DNA of 64,000 bases from Gemmatimonadota bacterium (GCA_035513155.1 DATKCO010000021.1:3559-67558); one strand, 5' to 3'. Counted from the stretch's first letter, positions 48,589-59,826 are shown. Program-made: numbers and translations. The notes: generated from the letters alone by a model not told the origin.

Positions 48589-49090
48589 GGAACGTCACAT
48601 CGTGTGCTTCGGTGTCGTAGATGGCGAGCGAGCCGATGCCGCCGAGCCAGCCGCAAACCTCGCCGGGATTCACGATCAGGGTCTCCCCGATCCGCCGCTC
48701 GTCCCGCTCGTGGGTGTGGCCGAAGACGATCAGGTCGTAGGTCCCTCCCGCGGCGACGTCCATCACCCCTCGCGGCTCGTGCATGACGAGAGCCCGACGG
48801 CCGGCCAGGTCGGTCTCCCACCACTGGCTCTCGAGCCGCGCCCCGATCTCCGCGAACGCGTGCTGGATCTGGAATAGGTCGCCGTCGTTGTTGCCGGTGA
48901 TCCCGTGGATGGGCGCCTCGAAGCGCTCCAGCTCGCGCACCGCGAACGGGGAGCAGTAATCTCCAGCGTGGATCACCAGCTCGACCCCGGACCGGTTGAG
49001 GATCGACGCCGACTCCCGGATGCGGAGCACGTGGTCGTGCGTGTCGCTGACGAGGCCGACCCTCAATCGTCCCTCCGGTTCCGCAGCCAT
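48578..49090 (-). CDS. YfcE/MJ0936-family metallophosphoesterase
   Basis: Motifs: [22 protein letters not shown]. The start is Met at 49090, overlapping the hisS 3' end by 28 nt, or GTG at 49060. Confidence 0.8.
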   Translation of the reverse strand: MAAEPEGRLRVGLVSDTHDHVLRIRESASILNRSGVELVIHAGDYCSPFAVRELERFEAPIHGITGNNDGDLFQIQHAFAEIGARLESQWWETDLAGRRALVMHEPRGVMDVAAGGTYDLIVFGHTHERDERRIGETLIVNPGEVCGWLGGIGSLAIYDTEAHDVTFHEF

Positions 49091-50367
49091 GACGCGAGGC
49101 GGTCCGACTCGAGCTTCGTCTCCGCCCCGCTCCTTAGGTCCTTCACGGTCACGACACCGCCCTCGCGCTCCGCCGAGCCGATGACGACGGCGGCACGGGC
49201 GCCCGCCTGGTCCGCCCGCTTGAGGCCCTTGCCGACCGCCTGGTCCTTGAGAGAGAGGTCCGTGCGGAGCCCCGCCCCACGGAGCACCGTGGCCGTGCGG
49301 ATCGCCGCCGGCCGGTCGCCGGCGGTGACCGGGATCACGAAGGCGTCGAGGTCGGCCGCGGGCCGGGGGAGCCGGTCGCGCTCCGTGAGCAGCTCCAGCA
49401 GCACCGCCTCCCCCAGGCCGAAGCCGACCGCGGGCAGATCCTCGCCGCCGGCCGCCCGCAGCAGGTCGTCGAAGCGCCCCCCGCCGCACAGCGCGCGCAG
49501 CTCCCCCGACCGGTCGAACATCTCGAACACCACTCCGGTGTAGTAGGCCAGGCCGCGGACGATGGCGGCGTCGAACTGGCAGAACGGGCGGATCCCGTAC
49601 GCCTCGAGATACGATTCCAGCCGCTCAAGCCGCTCGAGCTCCCCGTCGAGCTCGACCCCGACGGATTCCAGCTCGGTCCGGAGCCCAGCCAGGTCCCGCC
49701 GTCCCACCGCCCGGGCCAGGGTCTCGGCCGCGCCGGCCTCGATCCCCGCCTTCCGGAGCTCGGCGATCGCGGTCTCCTGCCCCGCGCGGAGCAGCTTGTC
49801 GAGTCCGGCATAGGCCGCCGGCCGACCGCCGGCCGGGATACCCAGCGCTTCCATCACCGCCTCCAGCAGTCGGCGGTCCGACCACCGCACGACGAAGTCG
49901 CTCTCCTCCAGCCCGCAGGCCCTCAGGACCTCCACGCCCGCGGCCATGATCTCAGCGTCCGCCTCCACCCCTGCGACCCCTACGATGTCCAGGTTGAGCT
50001 GCCAGAACTCCCGGAATCGCCCCCTCTGGGGGCGCTCGTAGCGGAACAGGCGCGGGATCGAGAACCACTTGATCGGCTTGGGGAGCGCCGGCCCCCGAGC
50101 GGCGACCATGCGCGCCAGCGAAGGGGTCATCTCGGGCCGCAGCGCGACCTGGCGGCCTCCCTTGTCCTCGAAGGCGTAGAGCTGGCCGACGATCTCGTCA
50201 CCCGACTTCCTCGTGTAGAGGTCGAGCGCCTCGAGCGCGGGGGCGTCGTACTCCTCGAACCCGAACCGGAGCGCGGTCTCGCGCCAGCGCTCCTCGATCC
50301 AGCGCCGCACCCGCATCTCCTCCGGGTAGTGGTCGCGCATCCCCTTGAGCACGTCGACGCGGCTCAT
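49063..50367 (-). CDS. hisS: Histidine--tRNA ligase
   Basis: The start MSRVDVLKGMRDHYPEE forms an ATGA overlap with the folC stop. Class II motifs are present (FRYERPQRGRFREFWQ, GGGRFD) with a C-terminal anticodon-binding domain. Confidence 0.93.
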   Translation of the reverse strand: MSRVDVLKGMRDHYPEEMRVRRWIEERWRETALRFGFEEYDAPALEALDLYTRKSGDEIVGQLYAFEDKGGRQVALRPEMTPSLARMVAARGPALPKPIKWFSIPRLFRYERPQRGRFREFWQLNLDIVGVAGVEADAEIMAAGVEVLRACGLEESDFVVRWSDRRLLEAVMEALGIPAGGRPAAYAGLDKLLRAGQETAIAELRKAGIEAGAAETLARAVGRRDLAGLRTELESVGVELDGELERLERLESYLEAYGIRPFCQFDAAIVRGLAYYTGVVFEMFDRSGELRALCGGGRFDDLLRAAGGEDLPAVGFGLGEAVLLELLTERDRLPRPAADLDAFVIPVTAGDRPAAIRTATVLRGAGLRTDLSLKDQAVGKGLKRADQAGARAAVVIGSAEREGGVVTVKDLRSGAETKLESDRLASWLRNRRDD

Positions 50368-51710
50368 GCCCGCGCCCCGGCCGCCACCGCCGCCGGGACC
50401 TCGCGCGGGGCCGGCTCGTAGGGCAGGTCGGGAGCCGCGACGCCGAGCGCCACCAGGGCCTCGCCCACCGTGTGGAACGAGCCGGTGACGAGGATCGCGT
50501 CCGCCACGCCGGCGGAGACGTCCGCACGGGCCGCCGCGAGCCCCTCCGCGACGCTCGCCGCCCACGCCACCCCCGGACGGGCGGCCAGCGCCCCGGCTGC
50601 GGCGGCCGCCGTCAGCCGCCGGGTCGGGCTCGGGGTCGCGAGCGCGCACAGCCGGCCGCGCGGCGCCAGCCCGAGCAGCGCGTCCAGCATCTCCAGCCAT
50701 CGCTTGTCGGCCAGGATGCCGGCCACGAACGTCCAGCGGCGGAGACCGGCCGTGGTGCCGACGAGCCGGTCCAGCGCGGCGGGGTTGTGGGCGACATCGA
50801 GCAGGATCGGCGCGCCCCCCGCCATTCGCCACTCCATCCGGCCCGGTGGGGTCACGAGCGCGAGGGCGGTCCGGGCGGCTTCCGCGTCCAGCGGGCCGCG
50901 CGCGCGCTCCCAGGCCCTCAGGGCCAGCGCCGCGTCGGCGGCGAACGCCTCCCCGGCGAGCGGCAGGGACAGGCCTTCCAACCGGCCGAGGTCGGATTCG
51001 TAGTCGAACGTCGTCGAGCCGGCTGCCACGTCGCGGACCCGCCAGCGCGCCTCTTCCTCCAGCCATGCGACCGGCGCCCCCCGCTCGGCCGCGGTGGCGG
51101 CGATCGCCGCGCGCACCTCGGGCTCACGCGCCTCGCCCACCAGCAGCGGCACGCCCGGCCTGGCGATGGCGGCCTTCTCGCGGGCGATCGCGGCGAGGTC
51201 GGTTCCCAGGTGCCGCTCGTGGTCGCGCGCGATGTTGGTGACGAGCGAGATCTCGGGAGCGACCACGTTGGTCGCGTCGAGACGCCCCCCCAGCCCGACT
51301 TCGACGACCGCCACGTCGACCTCGGAGCGGGTGAACCACTCGAAGGCGATCAGCGTGCCGGCCTCGAAGAACGTCATCTCGCGCGCCTCCGCGAACGGAC
51401 CTACGCGCTCCCAGGCGGAAACGAACGCCTGCGCGGGGATCGCCCGCCCGTCGACGCGGATCCGCTCGCGGAAGTCCACCAGGTGGGGAGAGGTGTAGAG
51501 GCCCACTCGCAGGCCGTGGACCCGCGCGATGGCGTCGATACACGCCGCGGTGGTGCCCTTGCCGTTCGTCCCGGCCACGTGGAACGCCGGCCAGGCGCGC
51601 TCCGGGTGCCCCGCCGCCGCGCAGTAGTCGGCGACATTCTCCAGGCCCAGCCGCATGCCGAACGCCTCCAGCCGGTACAGCGCCGAGAGCGCCGCGCGGT
51701 AGTCGCTCAC
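50364..51710 (-). CDS. folC: Bifunctional folylpolyglutamate synthase / dihydrofolate synthase
   Basis: P-loop VAGTNGKGTT, plus the Mur-ligase central and C-terminal domains. The accD-folC arrangement is conserved. Confidence 0.9.
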   Translation of the reverse strand: MSDYRAALSALYRLEAFGMRLGLENVADYCAAAGHPERAWPAFHVAGTNGKGTTAACIDAIARVHGLRVGLYTSPHLVDFRERIRVDGRAIPAQAFVSAWERVGPFAEAREMTFFEAGTLIAFEWFTRSEVDVAVVEVGLGGRLDATNVVAPEISLVTNIARDHERHLGTDLAAIAREKAAIARPGVPLLVGEAREPEVRAAIAATAAERGAPVAWLEEEARWRVRDVAAGSTTFDYESDLGRLEGLSLPLAGEAFAADAALALRAWERARGPLDAEAARTALALVTPPGRMEWRMAGGAPILLDVAHNPAALDRLVGTTAGLRRWTFVAGILADKRWLEMLDALLGLAPRGRLCALATPSPTRRLTAAAAAGALAARPGVAWAASVAEGLAAARADVSAGVADAILVTGSFHTVGEALVALGVAAPDLPYEPAPREVPAAVAAGARA

Positions 51711-52570
51711 GGCTCCTCGGCGAGCGCCTCCCGCCCCAGCATCCAGCGCAGGGTCCGGGACACCTCGCGCTTCAGCCGTGCGCGGGGCACGACCGCGTCG
51801 ACGAAGCCGTGCTCGAGCACGAACTCCGCTGTCTGGAACTCATCGGGCAGATCCTGACCGATCGTCTGCTTGATGACACGAGGCCCGGCGAACCCGATCT
51901 GCGCCCGGGGCTCGGCGTAGATGACGTCCCCCAGCATCGCGTAGGATGCGGTCACCCCGCCGGTCGTGGGATCGGTGTCCACGGCGATGAACGGAAGCCC
52001 CTGGCGGTCGAGCGCGGCCAGCAGCGTGCTCGTCTTCGCCATCTGCATGAGCGAGAGCACGCCTTCCTGCATACGGGCGCCGCCGCTGGCGGAGATCACG
52101 ACGAGCGGGATCTCGCGCTGCAGGGACCGCTCGATCGCCCGCGCGACCTTCTCGCCGACCACCGAGCCCATGCTGCCCCCCATGAAGTTGAAGTCCATCA
52201 CCGCGAACGAGACCGCGACCCCGTCGATCGTGCCGATCCCGCACACGACCGCGTCGTTCCGTCCCGTCCGCTCCCGATACTGCTCCAGGCGCTGCGTGTA
52301 GGGACGGGTGTCGACGAAACCGAGGGCATCGACGCTCTCGAGCTCCGCGTCGTGCTCCTCGAACGAGCCCTCGTCCAGCAGGATCTCGAGATAGTCGTCG
52401 GCCGCGACCCGGAAATGGTGCCCGCATTTCGAGCAGACCCATGCGCGCTGGGCGAGGTCCTTGCGATACAGGATGTCTCCGCACGACGGGCATTTCTGCC
52501 ACAGATCGCCGGGGATCTCCTTCTTCTCGGTGGTCTCGATCTTCTTGCGGTCGCGCTTGAACCAGCTCAT
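51707..52570 (-). CDS. accD: Acetyl-CoA carboxylase carboxyltransferase subunit beta
   Basis: Zn-ribbon CPSCGDILY...CSKCGHH and the carboxyltransferase domain (MDFNFMGGSMGSVVGEK). Confidence 0.95.
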   Translation of the reverse strand: MSWFKRDRKKIETTEKKEIPGDLWQKCPSCGDILYRKDLAQRAWVCSKCGHHFRVAADDYLEILLDEGSFEEHDAELESVDALGFVDTRPYTQRLEQYRERTGRNDAVVCGIGTIDGVAVSFAVMDFNFMGGSMGSVVGEKVARAIERSLQREIPLVVISASGGARMQEGVLSLMQMAKTSTLLAALDRQGLPFIAVDTDPTTGGVTASYAMLGDVIYAEPRAQIGFAGPRVIKQTIGQDLPDEFQTAEFVLEHGFVDAVVPRARLKREVSRTLRWMLGREALAEEP

Positions 52571-52624
52571 GAGGGGCTAAGCCTACCCGGCCGCCCGTAG
52601 ACGGTCAACCGCGCCGGGCGGGGC

Positions 52625-53110
52625 TCACGCGGGGAGCGGCAGGTCCACGCCGAAGGCGAGCGCGTCCTCGCGCGGGCTCCGATAATACCCCGCGCGACAG
52701 CCGACGAGGTCGAAGCCGAGCCGCTCGTAGAACCGGCGCGCCCCCGCGTTCGAGACCCGCACCTCGAGGTAGAGCCGGCCCGCGCCCCGAACTCCCGCCT
52801 CGCGGGCGAACGCGCGCACCAGGCCCTCGCCCAGACCGCGGCCGCGCCACTCCTCGGCGACCGCCAGGTTCGCGAGCTCGGCCTCGTCGACGGCCACCCA
52901 GCCGACCGCGTAGCCGAGCACAACTCCCCGGGGCTCGGCGGCCACCCAGCCGAGGCCGGCCGGTTGCCCGAGCAGCCCGGCGAACTGGTCTCTGGGCCAC
53001 GGGGTCGGGAAGGTCCGGCGCTCGATCGTCAGGATCCCGTCCAGGTCGGCCTCGCGGCACGGTCGGAGCTCCAGGTCCGGATCGCCGCCGGTGGCCTCCC
53101 CGGCGCTCAT
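52625..53110 (-). CDS. rimI: Ribosomal-protein-alanine N-acetyltransferase (GNAT)
   Basis: GNAT motifs A and B (VAEEWRGRGLGEGLV, RFYERLGF), next to tsaB as in many genomes. Confidence 0.8.
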   Translation of the reverse strand: MSAGEATGGDPDLELRPCREADLDGILTIERRTFPTPWPRDQFAGLLGQPAGLGWVAAEPRGVVLGYAVGWVAVDEAELANLAVAEEWRGRGLGEGLVRAFAREAGVRGAGRLYLEVRVSNAGARRFYERLGFDLVGCRAGYYRSPREDALAFGVDLPLPA

Positions 53111-53718
53111 CGGGGGTCCACCCCCGGGCGCGCGTAGACGAGCCGGAGATCGCCCGGAGCCGCCAGCGCGTAGCGGGGGTCGCCGGCCGCGAGCCGCGCG
53201 ACGGCTTCGGCCAGCGCCCCGGCCCCGCTGGACCTCGTGAGGTCACCCTCGGGCCCCACCAGCGGGGCGCCGCCGGCGATTTCCGTCACCTCCTCCGGCG
53301 CGGCGTCCCCTGGTCCCCGCAGGAGCTCCCAGCGACCGGGGGCCGCCCGCTCGTAGAGGGCGGCATAGCGCCGGCCGCGGCGGGCATCGAGAGTGGCGCA
53401 GACCCGCCGCTCGCGCGGCGGAGCGTACGCCTCGGCGACGGCGGCCAGGGTCGGGACCCCGTACAGCCGTCCCGTGAGTCGGGTCAGCCCGAGGGCCATC
53501 GCGGCCCCGACCCTGAGCCCCGTGAACGACCCGGGCCCGGCGGGGACGGCGATCGCTTCCAGATCCGCCAGCCGGAGCCCCGCCTCGTCGAGGAGCGCCT
53601 CGAGGGCCGGCGCGACCTGGCGGAACGAGGACCGCCATTCGATCGGCCGCCGCAGGACGCGCTCCTCGACCAGCAGGGCCACCGCGCCGGCCGGGGTGGC
53701 GGTGTCGATGGCCAGCAC
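53107..53718 (-). CDS. tsaB: tRNA threonylcarbamoyladenosine biosynthesis protein TsaB
   Basis: VLAIDTATPAGAVALLVEE and GPGSFTGLRVG. The start is uncertain: GTG at 53718 giving VLAIDTA, or GTG at 53763 forming a GTGA overlap with the tsaE stop. Confidence 0.8.
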   Translation of the reverse strand: MLAIDTATPAGAVALLVEERVLRRPIEWRSSFRQVAPALEALLDEAGLRLADLEAIAVPAGPGSFTGLRVGAAMALGLTRLTGRLYGVPTLAAVAEAYAPPRERRVCATLDARRGRRYAALYERAAPGRWELLRGPGDAAPEEVTEIAGGAPLVGPEGDLTRSSGAGALAEAVARLAAGDPRYALAAPGDLRLVYARPGVDPR

Positions 53719-53759
53719 GGTCCTCGGCGCTCCGACCTTCCCGGCGGACCCTCCCCGGC

Positions 53760-54269
53760 TCACGCGGTCTCCGCCCCCAGCTCGTTCAGGGCCTCGCGCG
53801 CGGCCCGCCAGCCGGGGCCCGTCAGCTCGCCTTCGAGTCGGCGTCCGGAATCGAGGCCCGGCTCGACCGCGATCCTCACCCTGGCGTACGGGGCCCGGAC
53901 CCGCGTGGCCAGCAGCGACGGCCATTCCACGCACGTCACTCCGCCGCCTTCCAGCACCTCGTCGAGGTCCAACGTCTCGAGCTCGACGGGATTCTCGAGG
54001 CGGTACAGGTCGACGTGGGTGAAGCGGCGTTCCCCGTCGTAGTGGAGGATGAGATTGTAGGTCGGGCTCGTCACGGGCCCGGCGACCCCGCAGCCCGCGC
54101 CGACGCCCTGGGCGAGCGCGGTCTTGCCCGACCCCAGCGGGCCCTCGAGGAGGATCACGGCGCCTTCGGGCGCGGTCCGGCCCAGCGCGGCGCCGATCGC
54201 CGCGGTCTCCGCGGGGTCGCGCGACCGGGCGCTCCAGCGGACGCGCTCCGGCGCAGCCGGCCGGGTCAC
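53760..54269 (-). CDS. tsaE: tRNA threonylcarbamoyladenosine biosynthesis ATPase TsaE
   Basis: The GTG start forms a GTGA overlap with the uvrB stop. Walker [11 protein letters not shown] is present, as is the SPTYNL motif ([10 protein letters not shown]). Confidence 0.88.
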   Translation of the reverse strand: MTRPAAPERVRWSARSRDPAETAAIGAALGRTAPEGAVILLEGPLGSGKTALAQGVGAGCGVAGPVTSPTYNLILHYDGERRFTHVDLYRLENPVELETLDLDEVLEGGGVTCVEWPSLLATRVRAPYARVRIAVEPGLDSGRRLEGELTGPGWRAAREALNELGAETA

Positions 54270-56317
54270 CCCTCGTCCAGCCCGATCCGCTGCCTGAGCG
54301 TGGCCGCGCCGCGGCGTCCCGGGCGCTCGCCGCGCAGCTCGAACAGCTGATCGCGGAGGATCGCCGCGGTCTGAAAATCGAGGCGCTCGGCGGCGGACTT
54401 CATCTCCGCCTCCAGCGAGCGCTCCAGCTCCTCGCGCTCGATCTCCCCGGCCAGCCCCTTGACCCGCTCCCGTACCACGCGCGCCCGTTGCTGGCCGCCC
54501 GCGCCGCGAGAGTCCGCCACCGCGGTGCTCTGCATGATCTGATCGCGCGTCTTGTACACCGTCCGGGGAACGATCCCGTGCTCCTCGTTGTGCGCGGCCT
54601 GGATCGCGCGGCGCCGATCGGTCTCGTCCATCATCCGCCGCATGGAGTCGGTCACCCGGTCCGCGTAGAGGATCACGCGCCCGTTGGCGTTCCGCGCGGC
54701 CCGTCCCGCGGTCTGGATCAGCGCCGTGCCGGACCGCAGGAAGCCCTCCTTGTCCGCGTCGAGAACCGCCACGAGCGAGACCTCGGGAAGGTCCAGCCCC
54801 TCGCGCAGCAGGTTGATCCCCACCAGCACGTCGAACTCGTCGGTGCGCAGACCCCGCAGGATCGACATGCGCTCGATCGAGTCGATGTCGGAGTGCATGT
54901 ACCGCACCCGGACCCCCACCTCGTTCAAATAGTCCGACAGGTCCTCCGCCATCCGCTTCGTCAGCGTCGTGACCAGCACCTTCTCGCCGACGCGCTCCCG
55001 CTGGCGGATCTCCTCGAGCAGGTCGTCCACCTGCCCCCGCACCGGGCGCACCATCACCTCGGGGTCGAGCAGCCCGGTGGGCCGGATGATCTGCTCCACC
55101 ACGACGCCTCCCGAGCGCTCCAGCTCGAAGTCCGCGGGGGTCGCGGAGACGAAGATCGTGGGTCCGGCGAACCTCTCGAACTCGTCGAACTTCAGCGGCC
55201 GGTTGTCGAGCGCCGACGGGAGTCGGTACCCGTGCTCGACCAGCGTCTCCTTTCGGGAGCGGTCGCCGGCGTACATTCCCCCGATCTGGGGAACGGTCAC
55301 GTGCGACTCGTCGAGGACGAGCAGGAAATCCTCGGGGAAATAGTCGAGCAGGCACGCCGGCCGCTCCCCGGGGGACCGACCCGCGAGGTGGCGCGAGTAG
55401 TTCTCGATCCCCGCGCAGTAGCCCATCTCCTGCATCATCTCGATGTCGAACCGCGTGCGCGTCTCGAGCTTGTGGGCCTCCAGCATCCGGCCCTCGGCGC
55501 GGAGGATCGCGAGCCGCTCCTCGAGCTCGGCCTTGATCGCCTTGACCGCGCCCTCGATCGTCGGCCGCGTGGTCACGAAGTGCTTCGCCGGATAGATCGC
55601 GGCCCGGTCCAGCGTCTGGATCGTTGTCCCTCGCATCGGGTCGAACTTGGCGATGCGCTCGATCTCGTCGCCCCACAGCTCGATGCGGACCGCCTGCTCC
55701 TCGTAGGCCGGAAACACCTCGACGACGTCCCCTCGCACCCGGAACGTTCCCGGCTCGAAGCCGATATCGTCCCGGCGGTACTGGATGCGGACGAGCTCCT
55801 CCAGGATCTGCTCGCGGGACATCCGCTGACCCGCCTCGGCGACGACCATCAGCTCGCGGTACTCCCGCGGGCTCCCCAGCCCGTAGATCGCCGACACGGA
55901 AGCGACCACGATCACGTCCTCGCGCTCGATCAGCGACGAGGTGGTCCGCAGCCGCAACCGGTCGATGTCGTCGTTGATCGAGGCGTCCTTCTCGATGTAT
56001 GTGTCGGTGGCGGGGATGTAGGCCTCCGGCTGGTAGTAGTCGTAGTACGAGATGAAGTACTCGACGGCGTTGTGGGGGAAGAGCTGCTTGAGCTCCCCGT
56101 ACAGCTGGGCGGCCAGGGTCTTGTTGTGGGACATCACCAGGGTGGGACGGCCGTAGTTCCGGATCACGTGGCCGATCGTGAACGTCTTGCCGGTACCGGT
56201 GGCCCCGAGCAGGGTCTGGAAGCGGCGACCCGCCTCGAGCCCCTCGATCAGCTCGCGGATCGCGCGCGGCTGATCTCCCGCCGGGGACATGTCGGTGACG
56301 AGCTGGAACTCGGGCAT
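54266..56317 (-). CDS. uvrB: Excinuclease ABC subunit B
   Basis: The start [17 protein letters not shown] was confirmed (cat at 56315..56317). Walker A GATGTGKT, helicase motifs, the beta-hairpin and the C-terminal UvrC-binding domain are present. Confidence 0.95.
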   Translation of the reverse strand: MPEFQLVTDMSPAGDQPRAIRELIEGLEAGRRFQTLLGATGTGKTFTIGHVIRNYGRPTLVMSHNKTLAAQLYGELKQLFPHNAVEYFISYYDYYQPEAYIPATDTYIEKDASINDDIDRLRLRTTSSLIEREDVIVVASVSAIYGLGSPREYRELMVVAEAGQRMSREQILEELVRIQYRRDDIGFEPGTFRVRGDVVEVFPAYEEQAVRIELWGDEIERIAKFDPMRGTTIQTLDRAAIYPAKHFVTTRPTIEGAVKAIKAELEERLAILRAEGRMLEAHKLETRTRFDIEMMQEMGYCAGIENYSRHLAGRSPGERPACLLDYFPEDFLLVLDESHVTVPQIGGMYAGDRSRKETLVEHGYRLPSALDNRPLKFDEFERFAGPTIFVSATPADFELERSGGVVVEQIIRPTGLLDPEVMVRPVRGQVDDLLEEIRQRERVGEKVLVTTLTKRMAEDLSDYLNEVGVRVRYMHSDIDSIERMSILRGLRTDEFDVLVGINLLREGLDLPEVSLVAVLDADKEGFLRSGTALIQTAGRAARNANGRVILYADRVTDSMRRMMDETDRRRAIQAAHNEEHGIVPRTVYKTRDQIMQSTAVADSRGAGGQQRARVVRERVKGLAGEIEREELERSLEAEMKSAAERLDFQTAAILRDQLFELRGERPGRRGAATLRQRIGLDEG

Positions 56318-56373
56318 GGAAGTGAAGATACGCGGCGGGGAGGGCGGCTTCACGCCGGTCCCGCAGTCCGGCC

Positions 56374-57039
56374 TCAGGGGTCGTAGACTTCGGCGCCCGG
56401 TGGCGGCGAGAAGCGGAACCGGGAGTCCGGGATCGCCGCGCCCCGCCTGAGCGCGGTGAACGTGTACGACTTCTCGATCCCGTCCGCCGTCCGCGTCGTC
56501 ACCCGGCGCACCAGGCCGGTCTGGCGACCGACCCAGATGTCGACCCGCGTGAACGGGGCGTCGGGAGAGCGCGGCTCGAGGCCCAGATGGTCGCTGGCCT
56601 CGCCGGAGATCGCCTCCGTCCCTTCGAGGCGCACGTCGTAGAGGGACCGCAGGTCGCGCAGGTAAGTGAGCGGGTTCCCGCCCCCGGAGCCCTCCGCCGG
56701 CTGCCGGATCACCTGGTCCGGCTGGCTCGAGGGCAGGTAGATCCAGACCCACTCGCCGTCGTCGACGATGACGTCCCCCTGCGGGTAGCGGTACTCGATC
56801 CGGTAGCGCCCCGGGGCGCGATAGTACAGCGTCCCGTGACCGATCTCGGTCTTCTCGAGGACGGGGTTCACCACGCGCTGGACGAAGTCGGCCTGCAGGC
56901 TGGACAGCCCCGCCAGCTCACGGTCGGCGCGGAGGGCGATCGCCTCCGGGTCCTGGCCGGCCGACGGTCCCTGGTGGGCGGCGGCGGGCGCGGCCGATTG
57001 GGCCAGCGCCGCGACGAGGAGGATGGCGGTGCTTCTCAT
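56374..57039 (-). CDS. lolA: Outer-membrane lipoprotein carrier protein LolA
   Basis: Signal peptide plus the LolA beta-barrel signature ([33 protein letters not shown]). Confidence 0.8.
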   Translation of the reverse strand: MRSTAILLVAALAQSAAPAAAHQGPSAGQDPEAIALRADRELAGLSSLQADFVQRVVNPVLEKTEIGHGTLYYRAPGRYRIEYRYPQGDVIVDDGEWVWIYLPSSQPDQVIRQPAEGSGGGNPLTYLRDLRSLYDVRLEGTEAISGEASDHLGLEPRSPDAPFTRVDIWVGRQTGLVRRVTTRTADGIEKSYTFTALRRGAAIPDSRFRFSPPPGAEVYDP

Positions 57040-57108
57040 ACGGGAGGAAGAACCCCGGCGGCGGCACGAATGTTCCTCACGGCGCTCGCAGCGCAGCCTG
57101 CGCGGGAG

Positions 57109-59289
57109 CTACCCGCCGACTACGCGCCCGGTCTCGATCCCCATCTCGTGCGACCCGAAATACTCCCGCCGCTGGACGTCGAGGATTCCCTCGATCGACT
57201 TCATCGCCCCGACCACGCGGTTCAGGTGGCCGAGGTCCTTGACCTCGACCACGAAGGTGCCCTCGATCCCGGTCTCGTTCACGGTGAGATCGGCACTCTT
57301 GATGTCGGTCGACGTGCGCGAGACCGCGCCCGCCACGTCGGCGAACAGGCCCCGTCGGTCGGTCCCGGTCACGACCAGCCGCACGATGAACGTCTCGGCC
57401 CCCGAGGTGTCCCAGCGGACTTCGATCTTCCGCTCCGGCTCGTCGGTCAGGTTGAGGATGTTCGGGCAATCGGAGCGGTGGATCGACACCCCCCGTCCGC
57501 GGGTGATGTACCCCATGATCTCGTCCCCCGGGATCGGCTGGCAGCACTGGCTGAAGCGGACCATCATGTTGTCGACGCCCTGGATCTTGACGCCCTGCGG
57601 CCCACCCTTGATCCTCTCGACCAGTCGCTCGAAGGCCGTCGCGGGCTTCCGCTCGACCGCCTTCTCCTCCGGAAAGAGCACGTTCCAGACCTGCGTCAGG
57701 GTCAGATCTCCACGTCCGAGCGCCGCGTACAGCGCCTCGCCGTCCTGGAGGTGGAACTCGGCCGCCGTCTCGTCCAGCCGGTCGTCGTCCGGCCGCTTCA
57801 CGCGGTTCCGCCGATACTCCTTCTCGAGCAGCTCCTTCCCCAGCGCGAGCGAGCTGGCGTGCTCCTCCTCACGGATCGTCCGACGCACGATCTGCCGTGC
57901 CTTCGAGGTCTTGACGAAATGGAGCCAGTCCCGCGATGGCCGCTGATTCGCCTGGGTCATGATCTCGACGGTGTCTCCCGAGCGCAGCTCCTTGTGAAGC
58001 GGCACGATCCGGCCGTTCACCCGCGCGCCCGAGCAGTGCAGCCCGACTTCGCTGTGTACCTGGAAGGCGAAGTCGATGGCGGTCGATCCCGAGGGCAGCT
58101 GGACGAGGTCTCCCTTGGGAGTGAACACGAAGATCTCGTCCTTGTAGAGGTCGATCTTCAGGTATTCGAGGAACTCCTGCGGGTCGGTCATGTCCTGCTG
58201 CCACTCGAGGATCTGCCGGAACCACGCGAGCTGCTCCTCGATCTCCGTGCCCGTGCTCCCCTCCTTGTACTTCCAGTGGGCGGCGATCCCGACCTCGGCG
58301 GTGCGGTGCATCTCCCAGGTCCGGATCTGGATCTCGTACAGGGTTCCGGACGGCCCGTAGACGGTCGTGTGCAGGGACTGGTACATGTTCGACTTCGGGG
58401 TCGCGATGTAGTCCTTGAAGCGCTCATGAACGGGGGTCCACAGGGTGTGGATGATCCCCAGTGCGTGATAGCAGTCCCGAACGGTCTCGGTGAGCACACG
58501 GATCGCCAGCAGGTCGTAGATCTCGTCGTAGGGCTTGTTCCGTGCCTGCATCTTCTTGTGGATCGACCACAGATGCTTGGGCCGCCCCGCGATCTCCGCC
58601 GGCACACCCGCATCCTCCAGTGCCGTCTCGAGCGGGCGGCCGATCGCCGCGATCATACGCTCCCGCTCCTTGCGCTTGGCCTGGACCTTCTTCGCGAGCT
58701 CGCGATAGGCCTCCGCCTCCAGGAACTTGAAGGACAGGTCCTCGAGCTCCCAACGGATCGTGGCCATGCCGAAGCGGTGTGCGAGCGGAGCGTAGATGTC
58801 GCGCGTCTCGCTGGCGATCCGCCGTCGCTTCTCGTCCGGCAGGAATTCGAGCGTGCGCATGTTGTGGAGCCGGTCCGCGAGCTTGATCATGATGATCCGG
58901 ATGTCGCGGGCCATGGAAAGGAGCAGCTTGCGATAGTTCTCGACCTGCCGCTCCTCGCGCGACTGGAACCGCAGATGGCCGAGCTTCGTCAGCCCTTCCA
59001 CCAGGCTCGTCACCTCCCGACCGAATTCCACCTCCAGCCGCTCGAGGGTGACGTGCGTATCCTCGACGACGTCATGGAGCAGCGCCACCACGATCGTCGT
59101 CGTGTCGATCAGATGCAGGTCGAGGAGGATCCGGGCGATCTCCGCCGAGTGGGCCATGAAAGGCTCTCCCGACAGCCGCTTCTGGCCCGCGTGTGCCTCG
59201 TCCCCGAACGCGAACGCGCGCTCGATCATCGCCAGGTCGAGGCGATCCGCGTGGGGCTCGAGTGAGCGCAGGAAACGCTTCCGGTCCAT
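57109..59289 (-). CDS. relA: Bifunctional (p)ppGpp synthetase/hydrolase of the RelA/SpoT homologue family
   Basis: The start is taken at MDRKRFLRSLEPH. It has the HD hydrolase domain (HDVVEDT), the synthetase domain (YDLLAIRV, YQSLHTTV), and TGS, zinc-finger-like and ACT regions. Confidence 0.93.
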   Translation of the reverse strand: MDRKRFLRSLEPHADRLDLAMIERAFAFGDEAHAGQKRLSGEPFMAHSAEIARILLDLHLIDTTTIVVALLHDVVEDTHVTLERLEVEFGREVTSLVEGLTKLGHLRFQSREERQVENYRKLLLSMARDIRIIMIKLADRLHNMRTLEFLPDEKRRRIASETRDIYAPLAHRFGMATIRWELEDLSFKFLEAEAYRELAKKVQAKRKERERMIAAIGRPLETALEDAGVPAEIAGRPKHLWSIHKKMQARNKPYDEIYDLLAIRVLTETVRDCYHALGIIHTLWTPVHERFKDYIATPKSNMYQSLHTTVYGPSGTLYEIQIRTWEMHRTAEVGIAAHWKYKEGSTGTEIEEQLAWFRQILEWQQDMTDPQEFLEYLKIDLYKDEIFVFTPKGDLVQLPSGSTAIDFAFQVHSEVGLHCSGARVNGRIVPLHKELRSGDTVEIMTQANQRPSRDWLHFVKTSKARQIVRRTIREEEHASSLALGKELLEKEYRRNRVKRPDDDRLDETAAEFHLQDGEALYAALGRGDLTLTQVWNVLFPEEKAVERKPATAFERLVERIKGGPQGVKIQGVDNMMVRFSQCCQPIPGDEIMGYITRGRGVSIHRSDCPNILNLTDEPERKIEVRWDTSGAETFIVRLVVTGTDRRGLFADVAGAVSRTSTDIKSADLTVNETGIEGTFVVEVKDLGHLNRVVGAMKSIEGILDVQRREYFGSHEMGIETGRVVGG

Positions 59290-59382
59290 GACCCTAGAAT
59301 ACCTCCCCGGTGCCCGGAACGAAAAGCGCCGGCGCTCCACGGGGGAGCGCCGGCGTCCCTTCTCCGGCCGGGTGGACCGTCC

Positions 59383-59736
59383 CTACTTCACCGAGAACTC
59401 GACGAGCTTCTGGCTGACGTTCCACTTCGCTTCGAAGCTCTTCGCCTTCCCCGGCTTCACGCCGTAGGACTCCAGGAACTGGGAGCCGGAGACGTAGCGC
59501 CTCTGTCCTCCCTGCGGGGACTCGCGCAGCTTGTAGGACGCTTTGGTGGCCTTGGAGCGCGGCTTGAGACCCACCTTGCGACTCCGAGGATCGAACAGGA
59601 GCTCCACATGATTCGCCTTGTTGAACCAGGTCTCGTATGCAGCCGGACTGATCGAGAAGTCCCCACTCTTGAGAATTCGAATGGTAGATTTCCCGGCCGA
59701 CGGACCACGCTGAGGAACATAGGTTTCGAACGCCAT
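59383..59736 (-). CDS. Lysine-rich basic hypothetical protein of 117 aa in a lower-GC islet. It may be a nucleic-acid-binding or nucleoid-associated protein; that is speculative.
   Basis: The start is MAFETYVPQ, with a GGGAG ribosome-binding site about 8 nt upstream. The sequence is STIRILKSGDFSISPAAYETWFNKANHVELLFDPRSRKVGLKPRSKATKASYKLRE.... Local GC is clearly lower than the window average and the codon usage is atypical. Confidence 0.55.
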   Translation of the reverse strand: MAFETYVPQRGPSAGKSTIRILKSGDFSISPAAYETWFNKANHVELLFDPRSRKVGLKPRSKATKASYKLRESPQGGQRRYVSGSQFLESYGVKPGKAKSFEAKWNVSQKLVEFSVK

Positions 59737-59797
59737 CTCACACTCCCTTCTCACCAGATCCGGATTCTCCAATTCAGACACAGTCTGTACCCGGGTA

Positions 59798-59826
59798 GAT
59801 ATACGCTTGCCTTAGACAAGTTTCAA
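59798..59826 (-). promoter_or_regulatory. Near-consensus sigma70-type promoter, TTGAAA-17 nt-TATATC, reading toward the basic-protein gene.
   Basis: Read directly on the minus strand: TTGAAA at 59821..59826, a 17-nt spacer, then TATATC at 59798..59803. An AGGGAG ribosome-binding site follows about 55 nt downstream. Confidence 0.5.
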